DNA of 49,624 bases from Malacoraja senta (Eukaryota): contig JAXLNO010005255.1 of NCBI GenBank assembly GCA_038087875.1, positions 124,001 to 173,624 on the forward strand, written 5' to 3'. A program made the position numbers and the translations under genes. Below are positions 1 to 10,510 of this stretch, one piece after another. The notes below the pieces were generated by a model that saw only the letters and a program-made list of their open reading frames with translations, ran no database searches and was not told the DNA's origin. Within the stretch, counting starts at the first letter, position 1. Every line of letters starts with the position of its first letter.

Positions 1-590
1 AAGGCATGTCTGGCATTTAATGAGCATTGATGTATATATTGTAGACTTTCGTCCCAAATATCTTTCGTTATGGGTTGGCCTAATTCATTTTCCCATGTGT
101 GTCTATATAAATCCGTCGGCGGGACCTCACTATCTAAGAGGGTATTATAAATATGAGATATTAATTTTTCTGTATTAGGATGTTTATTCAAACATTCATC
201 AAGGATTTCTGGTTCCCTAGTTCTGTAATCTTGTGTATTTGATTTAATGTAATCTCTAAGCTGTAAATATCTAAAAAAGTTATTTGAGTGTGGTCCGTAA
301 ATCTGTTGTAACCCCTGAAATTACAGAAAAGTGCCTTTCCTATAAAGATGTCCCATCTTTTTAATTCCTTAATTTTTCCATTGTGTAAAGCCTTTATCCA
401 ACATGGAAGGTTTGAATAAAGGGTTGTTTATAATGGGGAGACAGTGACAATTATCCAATTTTAAAGTCTTTTTTAACTGTTTCCAAATTCGTATACCACT
501 ATATATTATAGGATTTTCACTATAGGTGTTTTAATGCAATTTTGTGGGAGCAAACATAATCGAACCAATTTCAAAAGGCAAACAGTCTTT
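1..590 (-). mobile_element. L1/Tx1-type LINE ORF2 C-terminal fragment
   Basis: Reverse complement matches the 3' ORF2 region of the L1 at about 22770-23350. Peptide DCLPFEIGSIMFAPTKLH matches DCLPFDIGSILFATSKLN in ORF 22561..22842. Bases 5-31 match the complement of the atcaatgttcattaaatgccagaca segment near 23320-23345. Confidence 0.85.
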
Positions 591-836
591 CACTATTTTG
601 TATGATTCAATGAGGTCCCCCCTTATTCTTCTAAACCCCAGCAAGTACAGGCCCACTGCCATCAAATGGTCATCATATGTTAACCCATTCAATCCTGGGA
701 TCATTCTTGTACACCTCCTCTGGACCCTCTCCAGAGCCAGCACATCCTTCCTCAGATATGGTGCCCAAAATTGCTCACAATGCTCCAAATGTGGCCTGAC
801 CGGCGCCTTATAGAACCTCAGCATTACATCCCTGTT
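587..836 (-). mobile_element. CR1-type LINE fragment (RT C-terminal region)
   Basis: Translation RPHLEHCEQFWAPYLRKDVLALERVQRRCTRMIPGL...RGDLIESYKIVK is the characteristic CR1 ORF2 C-terminus. It is fused to the L1 fragment, producing the chimeric 531..998 ORF. Confidence 0.85.
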
Positions 837-944
837 TGACAGGGAGAAAGTGTAATTGATGTCTTTCATATTAGTTAACCATGGATTTTCTTGACCACAG
901 TTGACAGCCCCTAATGGGATTGCATGTCTATCACACGTCTCTAT

Positions 945-1150
945 AGAGCACAGCGTTAAGCTTCGAAGGGCAAAATTTACACGAGATGTGCAGGTCAAGT
1001 GTTTTTTTGCACAGAGAGAGCTTGATACCTAGAATGCGCTACCAGGAGTGGTGGTAGAGGAGGACATGATAATGGTGCTTAAGAAAGTTTTGGACAGGCT
1101 CGTGGGTATGCAGGGAATACAAGGATATGGAACACATGCAGGCAGTGGAG
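945..1150 (+). mobile_element. Degenerate CR1/HER1-type LINE 3' fragment
   Basis: Resembles the CR1 3' tail seen in better preserved copies at 10510-10680 and 42090-42450. Confidence 0.6.
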
Positions 1151-1159
1151 ATGAGTTTT

Positions 1160-1449
1160 GGTTTAGTTTAGAGATAGAGTATGGAAACAGGATCTTTGGG
1201 CCACTGAGTCTGCACTGACCAGCAATTGCCCATTCACTATTTTTGTCCTACAAGCTAGGGACAATTTACAGAAGCCAATTAACCTACAAACCTGCACGTC
1301 TTTTGTATTTGGGAGGAAACCGGAGCCCCCAGAGAAAACCCACAAGGTGACAGAGAGAACGTACAAACTCCGTCCAGACAGCACTCTAGTCAGGATCGAA
1401 CCCGGGTCTCTAATGCTGTAAGACAGCCACTCTATCACTGCGCCACTGT
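1160..1449 (-). mobile_element. tRNA-derived V-SINE (HE1-like)
   Basis: Minus strand has A box TGGCGCAGTG, B box GGTTCGATCC, V-domain-like GAGTTTGTACGTTCTC core and (TAAAC)n tail. Confidence 0.85.
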
Positions 1450-1699
1450 TTTGCCTTAGTTTAACTTGGTATCCTGTTCGACATGGACATTGCAGGCTGA
1501 AAGTCCTGTTCTTGTACTGTTCTATGTTCTATATATTCTCATTGGACATGGCAGAGTTTTCCACTCCTCCAGCCTCCATGTTGAATACTTACTCCCAGTT
1601 TAAATCTGATTCAATTAGTCAATCCATTTCTCCCTCCCCTCCTGCCCTGATCCCCATTCTATATTTTGAAATAGTCATTCCCTTTTTCACTCCCTGGTC

Positions 1700-1990
1700 T
1701 GTCTACTATCCCCACAACTTTCCTCTACTTTCCTGTCTTGGTGCATGCAACATCTATCCATTTACCTCTTCCCTTCCCACTGTCCATAGACCCAGGTAGT
1801 TCTTCAAAGTGAAACAGCGTGAAACACTTGCACTTCCAGTCAAATCTACTGCATATGGTTTTCATGACGTAATCTTCCACATTGCATCAATGAAACAAAT
1901 TGAATGGCTGCTTTCTGGAGAACCTGCATTCAATCCATGGGACTTTCTAAGATTCCTAATTCCTGCCACTTTAATTCTCCATTCAACACC
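1700..1990 (+). mobile_element. Degenerate Penelope-like element fragment (GIY-YIG endonuclease region)
   Basis: Decayed similarity to the fish/shark Penelope endonuclease-coding segment (GPxxxFxVxQxFTC-like region). No intact ORF. Recognised by eye. Confidence 0.45.
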
Positions 1991-2149
1991 CACCATGATC
2001 CATCCATCTGTACCTCTTACACTAGGATAACAAGGGTGACAGTAACCTTGAGGACCAACAACTCAGCTTCTGTCAGGACATGTTGCAGCCTTTCACACTC
2101 CATTCCACATTCAACGAGTTGTATTCCCTGTCAATAAAAGAACTGGTCA

Positions 2150-2640
2150 TTTCATAAGTTCATGTTCATTTATTGTCACATACACCAATTGGTGTAGTAA
2201 AATTCACTGGCCAGGTCAGTCATACAATTTTAAAAAGCAACAGACTCAAAAACACATTTTGACATAAACATCCATCATAGTGACTCCTACACATTCCTCA
2301 CTGTGATGGAAGGCGAAAATAAAGTTCCAAGTCCTTCCCTTGTTGTTCTTCCTTGGTCGGGGGCCTCGAGCCCCCCGTTGAATGGACGGTCTTGAGTCCC
2401 GTAGCCGGCGGCGTTCGGGCCCTCCGCGTCGAGGTGATCAGCTCCCGCATCGGGGGATTGTCAGCTCCCCTGCGCCGGGCGATCGAACCTCGCGTCGGGG
2501 CTGGACGAACCTTCTGTGGCATTGGAGCTCCCGACTAGCCTCTCCCGAGACTGGGAGCCCTTGATGGTAAGTCCGCAGGCAAGGGATCTGCTCCGATTGT
2601 AAGTCCACACCCCGTGGTGGGGCTCACGACAGTCCTTTTC
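2150..2640 (-). mobile_element. CpG-rich non-autonomous retroposon with LINE-like 3' tail
   Basis: Minus strand ends in tgtgacaataaa-(TGAACA)n. Shares cctcactgtgatgga and acatcca-ca-agtga-tcc with the insert at 13418-13679. Unusually high CpG content. Confidence 0.6.
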
Positions 2641-2677
2641 AACTGTTAAGTTGAAGTCAGAAAGAACAGATGCAAGA

Positions 2678-2990
2678 AGTATGAAGAAGGACACCAAGCT
2701 GAAACATTACGTAACCATGTCTTCCAGATGCTGCCTGAGCCACTGAGTTACACCTGCACGTTTTTGTGTTTTTTAATTACAGTTAAGTTATCCAGCTGCA
2801 AAATCAGGACAGCCTGACCTACTTGAGTAGTGCAGTATGTGCTGCATTTTATATAACTCTGTTTAGTTTCATGCATGCAGAGATCCAGTGAAATGGTTTG
2901 GATGGAACAGCAGATGCTGGACACCCCGTCCCTTCTCTCCAGAGATGCTGCCTGTCCCGCTGAGTTACTCCATCTTTTTGTGTCTATCTG
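2678..2990 (+). repeat. Penelope-type short terminal-repeat fragments (two pieces, 2678-2770 and about 2895-2990)
   Basis: Contain the recurrent motif ccagagatgctgcctg-ccc-gctgagttactcca. The first is preceded by a degenerate TGAAGA...GAAAC hammerhead-like core. Confidence 0.65.
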
Positions 2991-3454
2991 CAGTGAAATG
3001 GTTGTTCTGCATTCTCCCCAGTCAAGTCATACTGTACATAAGTACAATTCGTCCTCTTCTGGAACAGCACGCAGTGATCCACCACATTCCAGGACTATCT
3101 TGCAGCTTCCAAGTCTCTGAGAAGTCTGATTTTGCCCTAAGGAAATACCCAATTTCACATTTTCTCATGTTAAAGCCCAGTGCCATAACAGCACTGGATT
3201 GATGAAGTAGAGGCACGTGCCTCAGTTTAAGTTTTTCTGTTTCAAGATTGTGATCAAACCCTCGTCACTGGAACTGTGTCGCAGTGCCACCCATTACGTA
3301 TCAGTCCCAATTATCTTTCAACATGCTGGAATCACTTGTTTTTTAATCCTTTTTAGACTTTTTTTCATGAATTGTTCTGCATAAACAGTTATGCTACAAC
3401 AAAGTTAAGCGCAGCTACCACTTAGTTCCAGAGACGTAACAACACAAGAGATAG

Positions 3455-3567
3455 TGTTGGAAGAATGATCAAACTCACACATAGTGGTTAGAATCCATAG
3501 TCTTTTATTAGTAACTCTGCAGAGGAAACACAAGGTGCTTTCTTCTCAGCTTGCTTACTACCAGTCT

Positions 3568-3611
<44 letters not shown>

Positions 3612-3660
3612 TCTAATAAGCCTGTGGGCGGAGCCACAGTATGAGTGACACTAATCTACA
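3455..3660 (-). mobile_element. Solo LTR (206 bp) with 5-bp TSD GATAG
   Basis: TG...CA termini (minus strand TGTAGA...CCAACA). GATAG lies directly on both flanks (3450-3454, 3661-3665). AATAAA on the minus strand about 50 bp from the end, an internal (GA)n tract and a GC box. Confidence 0.85.
3571..3609. repeat. (GA)n microsatellite inside the solo LTR
   Basis: Direct reading. Confidence 0.95.
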
Positions 3661-3698
3661 GATAGGCACAGGGATAAGTTTCGGTTTATTATTGTCAC

Positions 3699-3992
3699 GT
3701 TTAGTTTCGAGGTACAGCATGAAAATAGGCCTTTTGGCCCACTGAACCTGTGCTGACTAACGACCACCCAAACATTAGTTCTATCCTACACACTAGGGAC
3801 AATTTACAGAAGCCCAAAAACTTACAAACCTGCACGTCTTTGAATGTGACGGAACTGCAGCACCCGGAGATAACTGACATGGTCACAGGGAGAATGTATG
3901 AACTCTATATAGACAGCACCCATTGTCAGGATTGAACTTTGGTCTGTGGTACTGTAAGGCAGCAACTTTCCCTCTGCGCCACTGTGCTGCCC
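3699..3992 (-). mobile_element. V-SINE (HE1-like)
   Basis: Minus strand head GGGCAGCACAGTGGCGCAG, degenerate B box, same body and tail as 1160-1449. Confidence 0.8.
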
Positions 3993-4149
3993 ATGTACTG
4001 AGGTAGAGTGTAAAGCTTTGTTTTGCATGCTATCCAATTGGATGAGGTAACAAAATACATATATATGATCATCAAACTCAAGAACTGTAGGTAGAGCAAA
4101 GGGGAAGGTACAGAGTGTGGCATGTAGTTCTCAGCAATGTAGCACAGCA

Positions 4150-4290
4150 GTTCCATTAGATAAGTGTTTCGACACGAAACGTGACACATTCCTTCTCTCC
4201 AGAGATGCTGCCTGACCCGTTGAGTTACTCTAGCATTTTGTGTCTATCTGCGGTTTAAACCAGCATCTACAGTTCCTTCCTGCATAGTTC
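4150..4290 (+). repeat. Penelope-type short repeat with hammerhead-like remnant
   Basis: gtgt-ttcg-acac hairpin followed by GAAACG, then ccttctctccagagatgctgcctgacccgttgagttactc. Confidence 0.7.
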
Positions 4291-5295
4291 TATAAACAAA
4301 GTCCACTGTCTGTAATGGGGTAGTGGTCAATTGGACAGTACCGTAGCTTATGGAACGATCATTCAGAAGCCTGATTTTCTCCTCGGTTATCAAGTTTCCG
4401 AGTAAGCCATTTGGTCCTCTAACCTGCCCACCATTCAATATGACCATGGCTGACGTTCCTCAGGCATCAACTCCTGTTCGATGTCAGTTCCTCATTGCAC
4501 TCAGTTCTCCAATTTAAGTTTAATTAAGTTAACTACCGCCACATTAAATGCTTCCAATGATTTTGTCTTCACAAATCTCTGGCGCCAGAGAATGACCACA
4601 CTCTGCAAAAAGAGATTTTGTAAACAAATGACTGGTCTCTTTTATCTCTTATTGAAGAGGAGTGAAAATACTGCCAATTTTAAGCTTGTCCCCTCCCCAA
4701 TTGACCCTCATTTCGTAACTTGTCAATTATTTATTATTGTCAATAATATGCCCTAGTGAAAAGATTTGCCGATGGTATTAGTTTATTATTGTCACATGAA
4801 CTGTGATATAGTCAAAAGTTTGTCTGTGTGTTATCCAATCAGATCATACTACACATGTGCAATCAAGCCATCCACAAGTAGAACAGTGCAAAGAGAAAAA
4901 TTCTCAGAGTGCAGAATATCGGGTTACAATATCATAGCATTACAGTTACAGAGAAAGTGCAGATCAAAAAGAGTTGCAAGGATCACAATGAGATTGGTTG
5001 GAAGATCAGGGCAACATCTTATCTTACATGAGAACCATTCAGTAGTCCAATAACAGTGGGGAAGAAGCTGTTCCTGAATTTAATGGTACGTACTTTCAAA
5101 CTTTCTTGTGTACTGTCTTAACAGGGAGCGTGCGATCCCTTTTAAACCACGTGGTTGGTTGATGGTGCCGAAAGAGGCAAAATGGGGCAGATGTGGACAG
5201 TAACTTGGTTGTTGTAGTGGACTGAAGAATATTTTGTGGTGGGTGACTGTGCAAGTTTTACTGAAGATGAAAATAACCATCTTACTGTCTTGTAG

Positions 5296-5562
5296 TTTCC
5301 CCTGAGGTCACTCTCGCTGCCCGCCCTGATGATCATTCAGTCCTGTACTGCACTGTGTTTGGATTTTACCCACCGGCCATCAATGTCAGCTGGTTGCAGA
5401 ATGGTCAACATGTCTCTGAGACCAAATCTTCTGGGGTCATACCCAACAACGATGGAACATATCATCTAAGGTCTGTCCTTGAGTATGATCCGTATGATGG
5501 GAAACAGTATTCCTGTCATGTCGATCACAGCAGCCTGCCCGGTGGGAAGACCATCATCTGGG
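5296..5562 (+). CDS. Ig C1-set exon, MHC class I-like heavy chain alpha3 domain
   Basis: Acceptor cttactgtcttgtag and donor G|gtaag, 267 nt, phase 1-1. Translation xSPEVTLAARPDDHSVLYCTVFGFYPPAINVSWLQNGQHVSETKSSGVIPNNDGTYHLRSVLEYDPYDGKQYSCHVDHSSLPGGKTIIW has both cysteines, GFYP, core W, YxCxVxH and a class I-type GV(I/L)PNxDGTY motif (class II beta has NGDW). Confidence 0.85.
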
Positions 5563-5884
5563 GTAAGAACGTTAAATATTCTTTCATAGATAATCATTAT
5601 CTTCTGTTGTTTCCATTTTAATCATCATGAATACATCCCATATTCCAAGATGCTTAAACTTTCTTTGTTTAGTGGTGTTGCTCTAAGTAATCACGTAATC
5701 AGCACCCACTCTCCACATGAGCAGAAGACTTTGTCAACAGAACATTTATCAAAAGTAAATAAATAACTAATATATAAGGAAGGAGTATTTGAGATTCTCA
5801 GTGGTGGAACTGAAATCTATGAAAGGTATGTTTAAATACAAAATGAATCTTTCCTCATGATGTGATTAACAACAAGGCACTGGG

Positions 5885-6590
5885 GGAGTACATGCCCCAA
5901 TCTGAATCAATGGTCCGAAGTGGAAATGATTGAGAGCTTCATGTTCCTTGGCATGAATTTATCCAATATTCTGTAAAGGACTGACCACATAGCCAAGGAG
6001 GCACACCGACACCTCTACTTCCTCAGGAGACTGAGAATATTCATCATGTCTCTGGTGACTCTAGCAAACATCTATAGATGCCGCTAGAGAAAGCATGTTG
6101 TTGGGTTGCATCACATCTTGATTTGGGAACTGCACTGCCCAAGACTGCAAGAATATACAAAGAGTTAAAGATCATCACACAGGCCAGACTTCCCACTATT
6201 GGCTCAATCTACACTAGGTTGCCTTGGAAAACGAGACTTATCCCAACCTTCCTCCTTCTTGCTCCCATCAGGCATTAGGTACAGAAAGTTGAAAATATGC
6301 ACTGCCAGACTCAGGAACACCCCCTTTCCACCTGTTAACAGGCTTCTTCCATAATGTAGGTTTAATGCCCGATTCACCTCAACCTCATTGAACATTGAAC
6401 ATTGTCCATGGAACTGATGTGTTACAATGCTGAGAACTATATTCTGTACTCTGTATCCTCCTCTTTGCTCTATCTATTGTTTTTGAGTTTGTATTTATGT
6501 ATAGTTTTATAATTTGTTTGGATAGCATACAAAACAAACTTTGCTCATATTTTGAAACATCTGGCGTTAATAAAACTAAACCTAATGAAG
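5885..6590 (+). mobile_element. Degenerate Rex1/Babar-like LINE 3' fragment
   Basis: Similar to the C-terminal region of the element at 47439-48786 (ctctacttcctcaggagactgag, the LYFLRRL segment). Ends in an AATAAA/ctaaac tail. Confidence 0.6.
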
Positions 6591-7451
6591 TAAGTTCCAT
6601 GACGCAAGTTACAGATTCAGCAACGAAAAATATAACTGCCTGACAAACAGCGATCGTAGAAGTTTGATTCCAAGTATGCTGCACTAACCTACACAAATGC
6701 TCACTTTTGAAGATTCCCTCGAACAATGCACAACTAAGGAATCTGATGTTTCACTCTGAAGACTGTTGACATACCCCAGAACTTAATTTCCAACCTATCT
6801 ATGTATCATCAGCAATCTAGGCTACAGCGCCACCAGTCCCTTCATCTGCTCTTAATACCAACGATAAGTAGTTCACTTTCTTGCATTGATTCCCAACCTG
6901 CAGTTGCAGTTTCCCAACCAGAACACTCCTTTAAGACAACTCTCTGCTTGCTCTTAATTGTTTTTCCATTCATGCTAATTATTACCCCCAATGTCATAAG
7001 CCATGTGCCTTTGCATCACTTGATCAGATATCTTATGAAAATCCAGATATTGTGGCGACATCTGGTGGTCAGGCCACTTATTGCTAGAACCCTCGTCAGG
7101 GGAGCTGGGACTATCACGTGAGTGACAGGGTTTTGGTGGGAGTTGGTGATGAGTTAATCGCCAGTCAACTGGTGTGCCCGATAACAACGGCAGGAACTTT
7201 GCTCAAGTCCTTACTAAACGCGAGTGGGCCAAAACTGTATTTCTTTAAAAAAACATTGATTTGTTCACGACGTTTGGATCTCTACAATATATTGTATTTC
7301 TTTTGTTTCTCATTCCAATTTTGTTACCTATTCTGCTTTTCCATCATTTTGTTTATGAATTTTAGGCTTTTCACACCTGCTGCTCGAATATACATTGTCT
7401 ACGGGTTCCTGTTGCATTTTCAAAGAGTTCTAATCAATTTCTCAAACAAAG

Positions 7452-7780
7452 TTTGAAGAAGGGTCCCAAAACGAAACGTCACCTGTCCATGTGTAAGAAG
7501 AAACTGCAAATGCTGGTTTACACCAAAGATGGACACAAATTGCTGGAATAACTCAGCTGGTCAGCCAGCATCTCTGGAGAAAAGGAATAGGTGATGAATC
7601 CATGTTCGCCAGAGATGCTGCCTGTTCCGCTGAGTTACTCCAGCATTTTGTGTCTATTATGTATATTCTTTCCACTGACTGGTTAGCATGAAACAAAAGC
7701 TTTTCACTGTACCTCAATACATGTGACAATAAACTAAACTAAAGCTTTTGTGTAAATCAGTATCTGCATCTCTTTCTTTC
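7452..7780. repeat. Cluster of Penelope-type short repeats in both orientations
   Basis: + strand hammerhead-like head at 7452-7483, minus copy at about 7490-7595, plus copy at about 7600-7660. Confidence 0.7.
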
Positions 7781-8059
7781 TACAATTTTCCTGATAATGC
7801 CCTGATAATGCACTTTATTGTTTTGTTATTACTTAAATGTTCTGCCATTATTGAAAGGAATCCAGCATTTTCCCCAAAACAGATGTTAGTTTATATAGGG
7901 TTAAAGCTTTCTGCTTTCAATTCACCTTCTTTCTTGAATTAAGTTGTGGCTGTGATGGTGCCATATATCATAGAGTTGTACAGAACATATATTGTCCCTT
8001 TGCCATGCTGCAGAACTCCGTGATTCAAAACACCATATCATCTTATATACCTTGAAAAG

Positions 8060-8170
8060 CCCCAAATATAGACACAAAATGCTGGAGTAACTCAGCGGTC
8101 AGGTAACATCTCTGGAGAAAAGGAATAGGTGGCATTTCGGGTCGAGACCCTTCTTCACCCTGAAGTCTTC
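8060..8170 (-). repeat. Penelope-type short repeat with hammerhead-like remnant
   Basis: Minus strand reads GTGAAGAAGGGTCTCGACCCGAAATGCCACCTATTCC...ctccagagatg. Confidence 0.75.
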
Positions 8171-8241
8171 AGACAGTGCCCATCTATTTAGCTGCACAGC
8201 TTAACAATTGATTTGTAAAATTATGCATTCTTATTTTTCAG

Positions 8242-8349
8242 AAGGAAATAGGAAGAAAGAAAGGCACATAGGCCTTATTGCCGTGTGTGTGCTGATATTG
8301 CTGGCTATTGTCTTGGCAGTAATTGTTTTGTGGAGAAAAAAGAGGAGAG
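8242..8349 (+). CDS. Connecting peptide/transmembrane exon of the MHC class I-like gene
   Basis: Acceptor ttatttttcag and donor G|gtaag, 108 nt, phase 1-1. Joined to the C1 exon it reads W-EGNRKKERHIGLIAVCVLILLAIVLAVIVLWRKKRR: about 22 hydrophobic residues plus a basic stop-transfer segment. Confidence 0.85.
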
Positions 8350-8589
8350 GTAAGATGGAAAAATTGTGATGCACTGTTGCTAGTAAAGGTATTGGGCTTG
8401 AAGAAATGATCGATCTCAAGTAGGATAAGGCAGCAGCTACACCTGAAATGCCTCGACAGTCACCACTGTCAACTAGCCTTTGTGCTGTTGTTAAATGTTT
8501 CTGATAATCAGATATTTAAAAATTGTGAATTCAGTGTAAAAAAAAGTTAAACATTATGGATTCACTGCCCCAAATCCTAGAAATATCAA

Positions 8590-8912
8590 TGAGTCATTAA
8601 AAAGTACAGCATGGAAGCAGTCCTTTTGGCCCACCGTGTCCATGCCAACCACCAACCACCTGTTCTCATGAATTCTATCTCATTGCACCTTCTCATCCAG
8701 TCACCCACCCACTAGGGGCAATTTACAGTGGCCAATTAAACTATAAACTGACACATCTTAGGATGTGTGAGGAAACCGGAGCCCCTGGAGGGATCCAATG
8801 CAGTTACACGGAGAACATGCAAACTCCACATAGATGGCACTCAAGGTCAAAATTGAACCCGGGTCTGTGTCGCTGTGAGGCAGCAGCTCTACGAGTTGTG
8901 ACACTGTGCTGC
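8590..8912 (-). mobile_element. V-SINE (HE1-like)
   Basis: Same head, B box (GGGTTCAATT) and body as the other copies. Confidence 0.75.
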
Positions 8913-8984
8913 TCTGTTGGGGGCTCGCACTGTTCATGATCCAAGTCAGCTACGAGGCAGATTGGTTGCAGTTTAACATTTACT

Positions 8985-9290
8985 AGTTTTGTTTAGTTTA
9001 ATTTAGAGATACAGTGACGAAATAGGTCCTTAGGCCCACCGAGTCTGCGCTGACCAGCGATCCCCGCACATTAACACTATCCTATACACGCACACCAAGC
9101 CAATTAACCTACATACCTGTACGTCTTTGGAGTGTGGGAGGAAACCTTAGATCTCGGAGAAAACACACGCGGTCATGGGGAGAACGTACAAACTCTGTAC
9201 AGACAGCATCAGTAGTCGGGATCGAACCCGGGTCTCCGGTGCTGCAAGCGCTGTAAGGCAGCAACTCTACTGCTGCACTCAGTAGCTGCC
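8985..9290 (-). mobile_element. V-SINE (HE1-like)
   Basis: B box GGGTTCGATCCC on the minus strand, V-domain core, (TAAAC)n tail. Confidence 0.85.
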
Positions 9291-9429
9291 ACCAAGGCCG
9301 CTGTTGCTGGAAGACTCTATGTTTCTATGACTCAAAATTAAGTGGGAATGTGAGTAGTGGGAGAAATGGTTCAATGTGGAAAGTCGAATGAATGAGCAAC
9401 AACATGACAGGTGGACTACAATGTGAAAC

Positions 9430-9715
9430 AGGGCAGCACAGAGCCAGAGACCTGAATTAAATACCGACATCGGCTGTTGTATCTGTAGAGTTTGCATGTT
9501 GTTCCTGTGACCATGTGGGTTTCCCCAGGTGCTCTGGTTTCCTCCCACATCCCCAAAACATGGTTTGGTAGGTTAGTTGTCCCCTAGATTGTGCATGATA
9601 CAATGTGGGGAGAGCTGATGAGAATGTGGGACAAATATAGGATTAGTGTACATGAATGGTTGGTGCAGGTCAGTGGGACAAAGGGTTTTGTTTGTTTGCT
9701 GCATATTTCCATGAC
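9430..9715 (+). mobile_element. Degenerate V-SINE
   Basis: gagtttgcatgtt...gtgaccatgtgggtttcccc...ggtttcctcccacatccc core. Confidence 0.65.
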
Positions 9716-10210
9716 TCTTTATGATGTAGAAAGATGTTGACTATTTTTGATTTATAAGATTGGGAAAGACTGTGAGGGACAGTGCTAGAGTAACTCAGCA
9801 GGTCAGGCAACATCCCTGGAGACCATGGATAGGTGACAATCTGGTTCGAGACTCTTCAGGCAAATTACAATGGGTATTCCTCCGCTTAAGTCTGATAGTA
9901 GTGTACAGATGCACCTCAACCACTGACTTGCTCAACAAGTGCTTAAATTAGTTGAATTAAAGTATGTTTGGAGTAACATGCAGCAGTCCTTAAAATCTAC
10001 CATTTCCCAAATCCCAAGAGAGCTGGATGATCAGGGTTTTAGTGTAAATTCAAAGTCATCTATATCACTGATTTCTTGCCTGTGATCACACTGTTGTAAG
10101 ATATATTCTGGTGATGAATTGCAGTTCACTTTCCTCCTGTGTAAAGGAGTTATTGTGTTGAATATAACGTGGAAGGGAAAGTCAGTGTAGGATTTAGAGT
10201 TTGTACGTAA

Positions 10211-10510
10211 TGCAGCATGGTAGTGCAGCTGGTAGAACTGCTGCCTCACAACGCCAGAGACCCAGGTTCAATCTGGACCTCGGGTACTGTCTACGTGGAG
10301 TTTGCATGTTCTCCTTGTGACTATGTGGGCTTCCTCAGGGAGCTCCGGTTTCCTCCCATATCCCAAAGATGAGCAGGTGTGCAGGTAATCATCCTCGGTA
10401 AGTCACCCTGATAGTGTAGGGGGTGGATGGGAAATCTATTATGAATGGGTGATTGCTGGTTAGTATGGATTTGGTGGCACAAATGGCCTGTTTACACACT
10501 GTATCACTGT
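10211..10510 (+). mobile_element. V-SINE (HE1-like)
   Basis: A box-like TGGTAGTGCAGCTGG, B box GGTTCAATC, V-domain core. Confidence 0.8.

Noticed and set aside
531-998. 155-aa ORF as a gene
   Set aside because: Chance in-frame fusion of CR1 and L1 fragments.
1160-1449. tRNA genes at SINE heads
   Set aside because: A and B boxes are present but there is no cloverleaf, and each head continues into SINE body and tail.
1-5295. Search for MHC alpha1/alpha2 exons
   Set aside because: No recognisable peptide-binding-domain motifs in any frame I read. They are probably upstream of the window.
5802-5825. Possible 24-nt in-frame mini-exon (VVELKSMK) with donor AAG|gtatgt
   Set aside because: The acceptor lacks a polypyrimidine tract, and direct splicing already gives the usual W-E junction. 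Needs RNA data.
7114-7126. tcacgtgagtgac identical to the DIRS terminal palindrome
   Set aside because: Only 13 nt with no flanking similarity to the DIRS ends.
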